From: Cyanidioschyzon merolae
Taxonomy: Eukaryota
Length of the DNA stretch: 64,000 nucleotides
Assembly (NCBI GenBank): GCA_000091205.1
Contig: AP006501.2
Direction: 5' to 3' (one strand)
The number at the start of each line of letters is the position of its first letter. Positions within the stretch are counted from its first letter, which is position 1. Of this stretch, positions 32,501-41,732 are shown in pieces. The notes beneath the pieces were generated by a model. The model was not told the origin of the DNA. It saw nothing but the letters and a program-made list of their open reading frames with translations, and searched no databases. The position numbers and the translations under genes are program-made.

Positions 32501-32865
32501 CTCGCAGTACGAGTGAGATGCAACTGAGCGAGGAGTAATCGCTCCGCAGCCCGTCGAAGCCGCGCTCGGTGTCGGTTTTGAATGTGCCTCCTTCGCTCCC
32601 GTGTTCGGCGCTTCAACGAAGGCACTCCGCCATCAAATACGAAGACCGCCTCTATGCCGTAATAAAGAAGTTTGCAGCAGCGTCTAAATATGCCCAGAAG
32701 GTGAGCGTTGCGTACCGTGGTCATCGCCTCGGTATCTCGGACGGCTCGAACAAACTGGTTCAGCCAGATGCTCGCATCAACAGCGACTCGCCGCCCCGAG
32801 AGCGTTTCGATACCGACACGCTGGCCTGCTGGTGCCAGCAGTTCCCAGAGGCCACGAACGCCCAT
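29512..32865 (-). CDS. XPG/RAD2 (ERCC5-like) structure-specific endonuclease
   Basis: The XPG-N domain (MGVRGLWELLAPAGQRV … VFVFDGGVPSLKRRT) and the XPG-I domain (LLQLLGIPYIEAAMEAEAQCAFLD … TEDSDAFLFGASRVYRHIF … LLGSDYSDG) are separated by a spacer of about 600 aa, which is diagnostic of XPG/Rad2 class I. Confidence 0.92.
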   Translation of the reverse strand: MGVRGLWELLAPAGQRVGIETLSGRRVAVDASIWLNQFVRAVRDTEAMTTVRNAHLLGIFRRCCKLLYYGIEAVFVFDGGVPSLKRRTRERRRHIQNRHRARLRRAAERLLLAQLHLTRTARQKEQASASLAPADALETALQSDTAREKHPTMPRRTSAKRLTGDETRVPSDGNQPEVQRSHYANTNGRQRDELDFMAGDSTEFGLPCATSEEIISDDGSNCEAFELPDLENIDADAVVALPASVQKEIIASIRRRMHTELVETVENLDELRSPSDFSQLQVDRFLRTSQLRSKLRDARQRASHGTHLGRRLASDATREYVLVENERNLDTARNRDLAADARGTERPGACVRASVPDAPSRSAAVQSMTVNAISGTEWASEISSGFRFALKTPHDARDGDAAADCRHRVRHAELSASDVVGMPQDTRRTMFTTSNEAPSSDGRLEPARADEQSDAEFLENIEWNEVSTEGSDQEAQFASAEELTDRRLSSEHNLQKRTAQAKHLSNATLDRSGAESNTEAPMKKLSSVAKYTEMVSTEHADSLTRPAIEPRETADTPSIDIGSAANDAVGPAAFEATQPARESSNVRAVPLLADEQIDCRRPVAANTWNSAAPADAAAYHEPGRNSISQELPPGSDAGISPDDRSEDSRQEASVDACGTLDGGIAARTHHECDHSEWRSQQRAKFGAARGLIPAHRSFLMDTTEAANNAAGTGEHRGALAMNARADDATERQRMEPMFAEHEEMDLAKLRSEYAAAARHADSVTEQMFADTKRLLQLLGIPYIEAAMEAEAQCAFLDRAGIVDAVVTEDSDAFLFGASRVYRHIFEDSKYVEEYEMNRIERNMGLSRDKLICLGLLLGSDYSDGVYGVGIVNATEIVEAFCRDPDPACPDTSPEREPFRGLQDFREWLDAVHLGDDPASVSDPEPRRAAFKKLHINMKRNWNLLDKTFPNRHVIEAFLRPQVDTSWLHRRRELFPNCGPDPVALRAFCHDLFGWDSAKLEQALGPVVQAFQRHRERQTRIDSFFQPHRFARIRSTRLQNAVRKLACDGLSAGASQVSGAEKQPPDANGDRDDDSLALSLLAETEELMLRTTSECMDGTGTSFGSGSKTKRRRMSARS

Positions 32866-34033
32866 CCTAGCAGAGCAAACCGCGTCTCTGAAACGCTAAA
32901 CAGTCAACAAGCAGGCACCCCTACCCAGGCGACGCTGAGTGTGCGATTCTGGCCCGCTCAAGGCAACGGATTGGTAATTAGCTTAGAGAAAGGTTGTTGG
33001 CACTGCGTCGTGGCCAGAGCTACCGACACGCAGCCTCACGTGTTGATGGTCCAGAGCCAGCGCAAACGAAATCCACAGCAAAATTTAGCGACACTGCCCC
33101 GAAAAACTTTACAATACACAGGAACTGGGGAAAGTTGATCAGTACCCCACACGAGTGAACGTGCACAGCAGCATATATTCGTGCTTGCCCCGAGAAGCTC
33201 CGCGCCAAACAGGCTGCTCGCTGACGGGCAACGAGACGCTGTTTCTTTGTAACGGTACGTTTTCAGGGGCAAAGCCTAGGCGGGCGGCAGCGCGCGAGCC
33301 TGCCTCACGGGGCACGTATTCTCGCAGGAATGGACAACCTATGCAATGCTGTTGTTCTATCGATCTGGATGAAGAACGCGTTCCGTAGGTGTCGCGGGAT
33401 CGCTAATCATGCCTTTTAGTGGATGTTATCCGAGGTTTGCCCGGGAACGGCACCGTTCGATCCAAGTCAGAGAAGCCTGGCGAGGCACGAATGCACGCAC
33501 AGACATTCGGTTGGCAGAGAACTTCTCAGCGTGCCTTGAGGGCGTCTCTGAACACGAGCCATCCCTGCTGGTGGAGCATACCAAAAGAAACGCGGGTCAG
33601 AATGAGTGTAGAAATATGTGTTCCACGGATTCTTCTGGCAATTTTGGTATGCAAAAGCAAACGAAACATGGTGCCCAGAGACGCGCCAATGCACCATATG
33701 TGTAGCGCTGAACAGACACTGTGGCACAAGAGTTAGATGGGGGAAACCTCTGCGTAGAAATACAAAAACCCGAAGTTCAGGGGCACATCAGAACACAGCG
33801 CCACTACGGCATTCTGGGCTATCCCAGCTTCTGGCGAGCGCCGGGTCGAACTGGTACCCACAAGGATACAACAAAGCCGTTCCGTCGCTGTGCGGCATCC
33901 GCACCAGTGATCACCGCGCCATCGTCGGCACAACCGGCAGACTCAGCACCCGCAGGATCGTTTGAACGAAAGAGCACCTACGACGTGATGGCCGTCTCTG
34001 GTTAGAGATGGTACCCGTAAAATGATGAAGGTT

Positions 34034-34640
34034 CTACGAGTACAGAGGGTAAGTATATACACACCTGCAGACGCGTCCCAGTCTTTTTTGATTGGCTGCC
34101 TGCTTTCGGCTGCAGTTTCTCCCTGCGCACTTCGAGTCTGAGATGCTGCCCATAAAGTTCAATCGCGCTAGCTCCTCGGGTCTCGACTTCAACGCCGCAT
34201 ATCTACTGACATTGATGGCGGCTTTGAAGTCTCGGTTCACAAATTCCATGCGTTTCTTGCTGGCGCCGCTGCTTGTACTCACCAGTGTAAGTCGTCCTCG
34301 AAGTCGTGGCCTCGGTGCTACAGCAGTATCGTCGTCGCCGTCCCGTCGGGCAAACACCTTTACTGGACTATCCCCCTACTTCGTCTTCGCCACTTGCTCT
34401 TTTCCGCTCGATGGTCGGCGAAAAGGGGAATTTTTTCGTTTCCTTTCCGGGAGCCGGCGATGATGGCCCTTCAGGATCCCCGGCTTTCATATCCATACCT
34501 TTTCCTTGGGGTTTTATCTCTTCAAATGAACGCACTTCGAACGCGTCTGCTATAAACCGCGAATAAGCATTTGGTGACACACATCTGGATGTGAATCACA
34601 ATCGAGATGAAATCCATAGCATTGAACTCCTGTGCCATCG
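34034..34640 (-). mobile_element. Copy C, a short (~0.6 kb) internally deleted derivative that retains N- and C-terminal TnpB-like ends
   Basis: ORF 34368..34580 (−) reads '…YSRFIADAFEVRSFEEIKPQGKGMD…' and matches the TnpB N-terminal signature 'kAyKfRLyPtkeQ'. ORF 34034..34357 (−) reads '…KKRMEFVNRDFKAAINVSRYAAL … SKCAGRNC … RVCRCV'. The nucleotide sequence is co-linear with 5900–6440 and, in reverse orientation, with 56060–56560. Confidence 0.65.
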
Positions 34641-35859
34641 GAGCACCGCGAATGTCTGGCACGCGAGGCGCCCAGGGGACTGAGGTCCGTCCGCCCTACA
34701 CCAGGGTTGCTGACCCGAGGTCTGCGTACCGGAACCGCGAAGGAGCTTGCCAACTCCTTAGTCAATAGTTTGGTTGGGTTGTATTGGCGTACGCCATATT
34801 CGCCTGACTGCGTTGCAAGGTAGCGTAGCTGCTTTTGAAACGGAGCTAGCCCTGGTCCACGGTTCGAAAGTTGCGGGCGTGATGCGCGGCCCCATGCCCC
34901 GGAGGTTTGCCATTGAGGGCTTCAAGTTCTCGCTGTATTTGATCGTACCGTTTTGCGCTGTTGTGTTCTTTGGTTCCAGCGATCACTCCTGGCTCGAGCA
35001 AGCTGTCGAGCGGTGGCGCTACGTCCAGTATCCCGTCAACGAAGAGTCAACGCTGACCTCCGCTGAAATCACAAGAAGGGTGTTTAAACAGCCGAAAACC
35101 GGGGCAGCTGAGGACCATCGAAAGTGAGCGAGTCTCGCGAAAGGGCGCCGCCCTTGCGCCTTCCGGAAGACACCCGTCTGGTCACTCTCGATGAGGTTCT
35201 GCAATGTTGCTGACGATCTCAACAGCAGGATGCGTGGATGGAAGCGTGGGCTTGCATGCTCGTCGAGACCTGAAATCGAAGAATACCCAGGCCTGCGCAG
35301 ATAACAGCATCGGTTCAGAAGCCAAAGTCGCAGTCTCCATAAGCAGATAAGAAATGACATCGGAACGGCCGGCTGTCAGACACAGGCACAAGCCATCGCA
35401 TATCGAAGAAGCTCGCTGGCCTCTATTAGACATCGTCATCTTACCCAAACGCTCACATCATTCCTTGTGAAAAAGCCATGGACAACGTAACGCCGAGATC
35501 GAGGCCTCTGTGCTGCATAATGCCTGCAACGAGCACGTTGGTAATGTCTAGTGTCAGCGATTTCTCCCATGCGCCACAAGAGATAAACGATTGCATCTCA
35601 AGAGCTCACAAATAGGGAACGGCTTGCCTCGTTCAGCGCTCGCTTCGAAAAATTTTAGCCCTGTCTGCGAGGCGACAACGCGTATCGTAATGCAGATTTT
35701 TCTCTTCGACAGAACCTTGGCACAACCTAGCTATCCCCGATCGCAGCGCCTGTTCGCAGCGCACAGGGAAGCATCAATCGTTCCACCTGCTTCCAAGTTC
35801 CACACGCCGTGCTTTCCCCCGAAGGAACCAGTAATTTTTACGCCATAACGTGTGCCGAG

Positions 35860-36160
35860 TGCATGCTATGAACACCAGCCGTAGCGCCTAAACCGCTGGC
35901 GCAGATGCATCACAGAGACAGAACAGCTTTTCCATTCCACAGAGGGCGTCGCCCGAGCAATGCTACACCTGACACGGAAACAGGGCTAATTATGATTCTG
36001 GGATCCTGCAAGCTGTGCAGACGGACGCACTGCCTGCGACAGCGCGAATCGACATTATAGGAGACCACTGCGACCAGGGCGACGCCCAGGCGCAGGCTAC
36101 CGGCTCCTAGTCCCAGAATGATATGCGTTGCGGATGAGTTGGTCAGGTCTCAATAAAGCA
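35860..36160 (+). repeat. Dispersed repeat R3, copy 2, immediately upstream of element copy E
   Basis: See R3 copy 1. Confidence 0.55.
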
Positions 36161-37470
36161 CCTGCCACTGGGAGGAGCATCAAGCACTAGCCTGGGAGAC
36201 ATGTCCAGCTCGCGGGAGTTTCCGCCTGTAAAGTAAACTTTCGAAGGTATGGATGTCTCTTCCCCAGTTTGCAGTTTCTCGAAGAGGGAAAAGAAATCAT
36301 TATATCGTTGCTAGTGAATCGTGAGTCTCTGTTCTTTGTTCTAAATAGCGCGGTCGATATGCGCACCTCGAGATTTGGGAGTTACGAGACACGACGCGCA
36401 TCTCGCCATGAAGGGAAATACGATCGTGATCATTCGTTGTCTTCTTGCTCTAACGACAAGTTGCATTCGCGTAAAGTCCTAGCAAAGTATTGTTTTCATT
36501 TCAATCGTGTTTCAACTCTCAGGTTAGTGTACTCAAGTGATTTTTCACGGTTTATACCGAATGCGCTCAAAGTGCGTTATAAGAAAAATTAGGAAAAGGA
36601 AAGTTACGGAAAGGGAAGCGGAGGGTCCTGGAGACGCGGTTTCGTCGGCTAGCGGAGAAAAACGAAAAACAGTGCGGAGCAAAGCGGAGCACGAGAAGAC
36701 CAAGGAGCAAATGCAGGAGGCCGCACGTCAATGGCTGCAAGAAAGGCGACACTACGACGATATGGTAGTGAAAGACTGACTTCTCGGACATACCAGGGAT
36801 CCATCCAAGCAAAAGTTGTGAGAGGCCATCAGAAACCGTGTCGATTCGTACTCCATGAGTGTTACAAAGGCTTCGTCAGGGATCATGTATTTGGTGAGGG
36901 AGATGTATCGCGACGTGACGCACATGGAAACAGTCGAGAATCCGGAAGGGTTTTTCAACATGGCGTCTATCCGCCACCTGATGCTCGGCTCAGGGGAGAC
37001 GTCGATGAAACATGAGCGAGTGCACGCCCTCCACGAAAATCACACCAAATATCGCTTCAACGGTATTCGATACAGGGGTGACTGGGGTATTTACACCTAC
37101 GGGGCGATGAAGTACATCACGAACAAGAATAACCACATGATCGTGAACCTCAAACGTCTCGTGATATGCGCCGTCTTTGTGCTGTACCCGGGCCTCTCTC
37201 CAGAGGAATGAGATGGGCCATCGTCAGTGCCATCACCAACGATCGTCATCATGAAGATGAGGTCGAATTTGTGGACAAGAAGACCTCACGCAGGAGCACG
37301 AATAAAGCTTCTGCCCTGCGTGCGGCTACTCAAGAGCATCGTGCAGTCGTGGGGCTGGTCAATCCAGCAGAAGAGGTATCAGATATGGAATAAAGCATGG
37401 GAAAAGAAGTAACAACCAAATCCTGCGCTATTTCGTATTCCTGAACCGAGAACTCGAACACAAGGCGGAA

Positions 37471-38247
37471 ATGGAGCAGGGTGTGGGGAACAATGCAGAG
37501 TCAGAGCAACGGAAGGCTGCGCTTCTGGAGAAGCGCTTCGACGTCGTTCGTATCTGCAACATCAAGTCACAATTTGGTACAATCGGCTTCAGAGTTCTTT
37601 ACGGCATCATGAACGAGATCTGTCCGGAGTTCGATGTAAGGAAGATAGAGTTCACCGGCGAAAACCGGGAATTCCATTGGAAAAATATCTTCGATTTCAA
37701 ACGTCTCAAAACGAGTAAGCAAAAAATATTCACGAGGATGATAGAAACCGATGGGGTATCCATGTGTGTACACTATCCGCGCTTGAAGGCAGATGGTCCT
37801 GTTGCGTCGTCGGCGTCGCCCGTGACGAAGCATGAAGGTGAGAAGAAGGCGGATCCTACGACGCAGAAAGTGCGGGGAAACGACTTTGTCGTTGGCGCGG
37901 CGAAGCATGAAGATGAGAAGGAGGCGGATCCTGCGACGCAGAAAGTGCAGGATAACGACTTTGTCAGTGGCGCGAACCCCGGAAACACGAATATCATAAC
38001 CATTGCAGCATGCAAGCGTGCGGGAGATGGTAAGGACGGCAACTTACGTCTGAAAGACACGCGTCTTTTGAGGTTCTCGAGAGCAAGATACTATCGAGAA
38101 TCCGGTATAATGAATGCGAGGAAGAAAATCGACACATGGAATGCAGGAATGAAGGATCACCTGGAAGCTATGAGCGGGGTAACGAGCCGCGGAGCGGACT
38201 TTGAAGCTTTTCTGAAATTCATGGGAGTTCGTGCTGCTCACTGGTAG
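37471..38247 (+). pseudogene. TnpB/Fanzor-like ORF fragment (C-terminal half, long variant) carrying an internal 75-bp tandem duplication
   Basis: Its start (MEQ…EQRKAALLEKRF) and end (…FLKFMGVRAAHW*) are homologous to ORF 38549..38926 (MEQ…QKHRALTEEQMERRAKF … GVMYARW*). A duplicated block [25 protein letters not shown] / [25 protein letters not shown] lies at roughly 37835–37985. Confidence 0.55.
37835..37985 (+). repeat. 75-bp tandem duplication (2 units) inside the copy-E ORF
   Basis: catgaaggtgagaagaaggcggatcctacgacgcagaaagtgcggggaaacgactttgtcgttggcgcggcgaag is followed directly by catgaagatgagaaggaggcggatcctgcgacgcagaaagtgcaggataacgactttgtcagtggcgcgaacccc. Confidence 0.85.
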
Positions 38248-38548
38248 GCGCTGTGGAGAGAATATACCAAGCCCCGGTGTTCTCGTCTGTGTATGAACTT
38301 GTACTGTGGGAAGAAGCGTGCATTTGCCAACTTTTTCTATCAGTTGAACGCCTTGGCTGGAGGACGAGAGTCAGAGAGTCGTAACAGCGACTGGAGCAGG
38401 GCTCTGCGCGTCCAAGAAAGGGAGCATACTCCCTGTATCGACAAGAGCGTACAATGAGTGCGCTCACCGTTTTGTTGTAATACCGATAGATGAGTTCCGA
38501 ACGTCATACATACACCGTGAACTGGGACGTACACTTCACAGGGTCGAG

Positions 38549-38926
38549 ATGGAGCAGTACCAGCAAAGCCCTGGAGATATACAAAAACACAGAGCGCTGA
38601 CGGAAGAGCAAATGGAACGGAGGGCGAAATTTCGTGGACTAGTCGCACTGGTGAGTGTACCCAACGGCAAGAAACGTATAGAGTTTCTGAACCATGACTT
38701 TGACACAGCAATCAATGTAAGGCGATGTGCGGTGCTGGAGAACAGACCCCCCGCCCCACCCCCCGAGTTGACTAGAGCCAACTTCGTCGGGCGACCTCTC
38801 AAGGTCCCGTTGAACGGAAAGAAGCTGAAACCAATAGTAGCTGGCCGGTCGAGAAAAGCCTGGGAAGCGACTGCGCGTCTGCGTAGAGACATCCACGCTG
38901 TCGGCGTGATGTATGCGCGTTGGTAA
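38549..38926 (+). pseudogene. TnpB/Fanzor-like C-terminal fragment (S1 type: KKRIEFLNHDFDTAINVRRCAVL)
   Basis: Shares the RDFxAAINV block with ORFs 13564..13872 and 34034..34357, with which it is co-linear. Confidence 0.55.
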
Positions 38927-39310
38927 ACCTGATTTGCCGGCGGTAGTTTCTTCAAAAAAAGCGCTCCGCAGCCAGCCATTTTGTGTGCGCAGCGAGCGTC
39001 ACTGCCCCTTTCAAAGCATATATTTCATATCCTAGTATCATAAAAGTGAGGGAGGTGTATTCTGAATACGAATATTCTGACGTGAAGAGCTCTTGATTTT
39101 TTTAAACACGACAGCAGCCCATACACGGAAGGGTGACGGCGACGGTGCGAGCGTGACAGGTTCGTGTACTTATCGAAGCAACATATCGCCCTCTAGGCCA
39201 CTGTTTTGCGCGGCGATATTTCCGCACTGAGGTGGGGTGTTCGTATTTTCTGTTTACAGGTGCCATATATTCCTTCATACGGTGCTAAGCTGTGATATAT
39301 TTCGGAAAAT

Positions 39311-40945
39311 ATGGATCAGGAAGCGGAGGCGCCGAGGATCCAGACTCCCAACGACCGTCCAGAGTCGGAGGGCGCGCCAGGCTCCGAACAGGATGGGAAC
39401 TCCCCATACTATCCCAGGATACATATCAAGTCGTTTGCTTTTGAACAAGAGCCTCATAGCGACATGGGATCTGCATGTTCGCTGTCGCCAACTGCCAAGA
39501 CGGAGGTGAATAAGCATGCCGTGCCTGCTGAGCAGCCCGCTGGTGCCGTTCACATGCAACCAGATGACCAGGGCAAGACACAAAGAAGTGTACAGAAAAA
39601 TGATGATCGTCCATCTGAAAACAGCGGTGGCTCGGAGATGAAACGAGCAGGCGTGGAAACGACGCGCCCCAGCCGAGCAGCGAAATATCGCACGGCTTCA
39701 CCAACACCCTCCACGAAAGGGCACAATCGTGGCACTGGAGCAACAAGAGGTAGGCCGAGAAAATACCCGGTAGCTTCAAGCCCATCAGCGGCGGAAGCCA
39801 GAATCACAAAGCGTCCGTATGGGGCATCGAACTCCATGCAACAGCACCATACCGACCGACACGTTGTGCCGGCGAGCGATGCACCGCAACCAGAGACCCC
39901 CACGGATATCGTCCTCTGCGCCTGCGGCAACGTGATCGACTTTGGGCCGATGATTCAGTGCTCTCGTTGCAAGGGCTGGTCACATAAGGTCTGTACGGGC
40001 CTATCGGACGCGGAATGGGAGCAGCTGCAAATGCAGCACGCCCGCTATCAGTGCTGGCTTTGTGCACCACGTAACGCTCGACCGAACTCCATCGCTGCAG
40101 ATGCAGTGCAGGCGTTGGCATCTGTTCGAACCGGTTCCAAGTGGAATACGATTATGGGCCGCATCATCGAGTCGGCGGCCATGGAAAACGCGGAGATTGT
40201 CGGTATGCCGCTCAGCAAACCGCGAAAGCATCGCATGGTTGAAAATATCATGACGGGCACGGGTCCGGGTCGAACGCATCGCTCGTCGGGCCCTCGAGTC
40301 GCGTCAACCGAGGGTTCAGTGCCGCTTGTGCGAGATAGCGCGAAAGAGAACGAATTTTTCGAAGCGCTCGCTGCACATTGGCAGCGCAAAACTGGGCAAC
40401 CGTGGCAAACCCCTATGTTTCGGGGGAAATTATTGGACCTCTATGCTTTATACTGGGGCGTCAAGGCACGCGGGGGCATTGACGCTGTGATCGCGTCGAA
40501 GCGCTGGCCCGAGATATGGCGCACCATGCGCAACTACTACCGCGAGTCTACGGATCACTCGTTCCGACTTCGCGTAGCGAGCCAGCAGTACTTGGCTGAC
40601 TTTCTGAGGCAGTACGCCGGGCCTCAGCCTTGGGATGTTGAGGTGCTGCACTCTGAGGAAAACGCGGACGAGGCCGTTACCCAGCAAAAAAAGCGAGCAC
40701 CTAGCGACCTGGTTCCAGCAGGCTATAAGGCGAGCCGGCGTGAGCGGGTCGTTACCACGGAGGAGTTTGTCAAACCTGAGCTGGCGCTCCCGAGCTCTGA
40801 ACCAGGTCAAACGAGTGCGAAGAAGTCTGAAACGAACGGCCCGCGGTCAGCACGGAGCCCAGCGGGTTCTGCTGTTCGCAAGGCAAGTGATGCAGTGAAA
40901 CCTGCGCCTCCGCAAAGCGACGACGACGAACTGAGCCTCGGGTGA
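39311..40945 (+). CDS. ARID/BRIGHT + PHD-finger chromatin protein with AT-hook
   Basis: Contains an AT-hook (GRPRKYP), a PHD finger (CACGNVIDFGPMIQCSRCKGWSHKVCTGL … QCWLC) and an ARID-like block (FFEALAAHWQRKTGQPWQTPMFRGKLLDLYALYWGVKARGG). Confidence 0.7.
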   Translation: MDQEAEAPRIQTPNDRPESEGAPGSEQDGNSPYYPRIHIKSFAFEQEPHSDMGSACSLSPTAKTEVNKHAVPAEQPAGAVHMQPDDQGKTQRSVQKNDDRPSENSGGSEMKRAGVETTRPSRAAKYRTASPTPSTKGHNRGTGATRGRPRKYPVASSPSAAEARITKRPYGASNSMQQHHTDRHVVPASDAPQPETPTDIVLCACGNVIDFGPMIQCSRCKGWSHKVCTGLSDAEWEQLQMQHARYQCWLCAPRNARPNSIAADAVQALASVRTGSKWNTIMGRIIESAAMENAEIVGMPLSKPRKHRMVENIMTGTGPGRTHRSSGPRVASTEGSVPLVRDSAKENEFFEALAAHWQRKTGQPWQTPMFRGKLLDLYALYWGVKARGGIDAVIASKRWPEIWRTMRNYYRESTDHSFRLRVASQQYLADFLRQYAGPQPWDVEVLHSEENADEAVTQQKKRAPSDLVPAGYKASRRERVVTTEEFVKPELALPSSEPGQTSAKKSETNGPRSARSPAGSAVRKASDAVKPAPPQSDDDELSLG

Positions 40946-41189
40946 GGCCTCGACCCCCGCAAAGACAGGCGTGCCGGGGCTGTTTCCACCTTATCTGGCT
41001 TCAGGTGCCGTAGCGCGTTGTCCGGTCGCTTCCTACGTCTGCCAGTCTCGATAGACAGACTCGGTCGTTCGCTTCAGCCGTACACAACGGGCTGTGCCCA
41101 CACCGGAGCACGTTCAAGTGTGATCCGGTGGCTTAAAAGCTTCCTCAGTGGGGCGCTGAACGCCGGCAGGCTCCAGAGCACGCTTTCCA

Positions 41190-41216
41190 TACAAACACAA
41201 ACACACACACACACCG
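41190..41216. repeat. (CA)n / (ACAAAC)-type microsatellite
   Basis: The sequence reads acaaacacaaacacacacacacaccgcc. Confidence 0.85.
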
Positions 41217-41732
41217 CCAGCACGGGGTCACTCGTCACAAGCGAGCACTCGAACGTGTGTAAGGCGGCCGCACTGACCACATGTGCACGAGTTCCGGAAA
41301 AACCGCAACTATCAGATACACGGTACTTGAGGTTTGCAATTTCGCCTGTCTTCGCGGTGGACTCTGCGACACTGGAAACGATTTCCAAGCAAAACCGCAA
41401 ATATTAGGTCTGCTGTTGTGCTTGTGCATGGCAGCTTTAACACCTGTTTTCGTGGTGAATCTTGAGATATTGGATAACCGCAATCGCAGCGCTGGAGTGC
41501 ACGCTGGCGCTCCTGATTTCGGTGAGCTTCGCGCGAGGCCCCGAATGACTCTCTGGTAACCGTGATGCTAGCCCCGAGAGCTCCGAGCTGCGAGGCGCCC
41601 GGGGTCCTCGGCTTTTCTGGACGGTATGATGCTAGAGTCTCTCGACACTAGATGCGTCGCGGAGCCGGAATGCGCTCCAGCGTCTGGGGTGCTGCGTGCA
41701 CGCCCCGAGACGCGACACCTGCAATGCATACG

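Larger units (their letters stand above)
36250..39060 (+). mobile_element. Longest copy (E) of a TnpB/Fanzor-like element. It is frameshifted and apparently AT-richer than its flanks, and it includes a tandem partial second unit.
   Basis: The N-terminal region contains '…DFSRFIPNALKVRYKKN*' (36269..36592), homologous to 'FSRFVADAFEVRSFEQ' in the short copies. Its continuation lies in another frame (GPGDAVSSASGEKRKTV matches DPEGPSSPAPGKETKKF of copy C). The C-terminal half is ORF 37471..38247 (…[17 protein letters not shown] … ARKKIDTWNAGMKDHLEAMSG … GVRAAHW*). A zinc-ribbon-like 'LCMNLYCGKKRAFANFFYQLNA' lies at 38281–38460. A second partial unit is ORF 38549..38926 (…KKRIEFLNHDFDTAINVRRCAVL … GVMYARW*). 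Coordinates are approximate. Confidence 0.6.

Noticed and set aside
34180-34200. Plus-strand ORF 34092..34463 containing 'LDFNAAYLL', which looks like a NAA motif
   Set aside because: It is the antisense reading of the real minus-strand 'NRDFKAAINVSRYAAL' block of copy C. The plus-strand ORF is an overlap artefact.
34800-34880. tRNA-like stretch (…ggtagcgtagctgc…ccacggttcgaaagttgcggg…)
   Set aside because: It contains a GGTTCGAAA box, but I could not fold a 7-bp acceptor stem or a proper D arm, anticodon stem or T arm. It lies inside a plus-strand ORF region. I treat it as chance resemblance.
38600-38612. GTGAGT (splice-donor consensus) conserved at the same position of S1 in copies C and E
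   Set aside because: It is in frame and simply encodes Leu-Val-Ser (CTG GTG AGT). Copy B encodes the same block differently and there is no downstream acceptor or branch pattern. I do not call an intron here.
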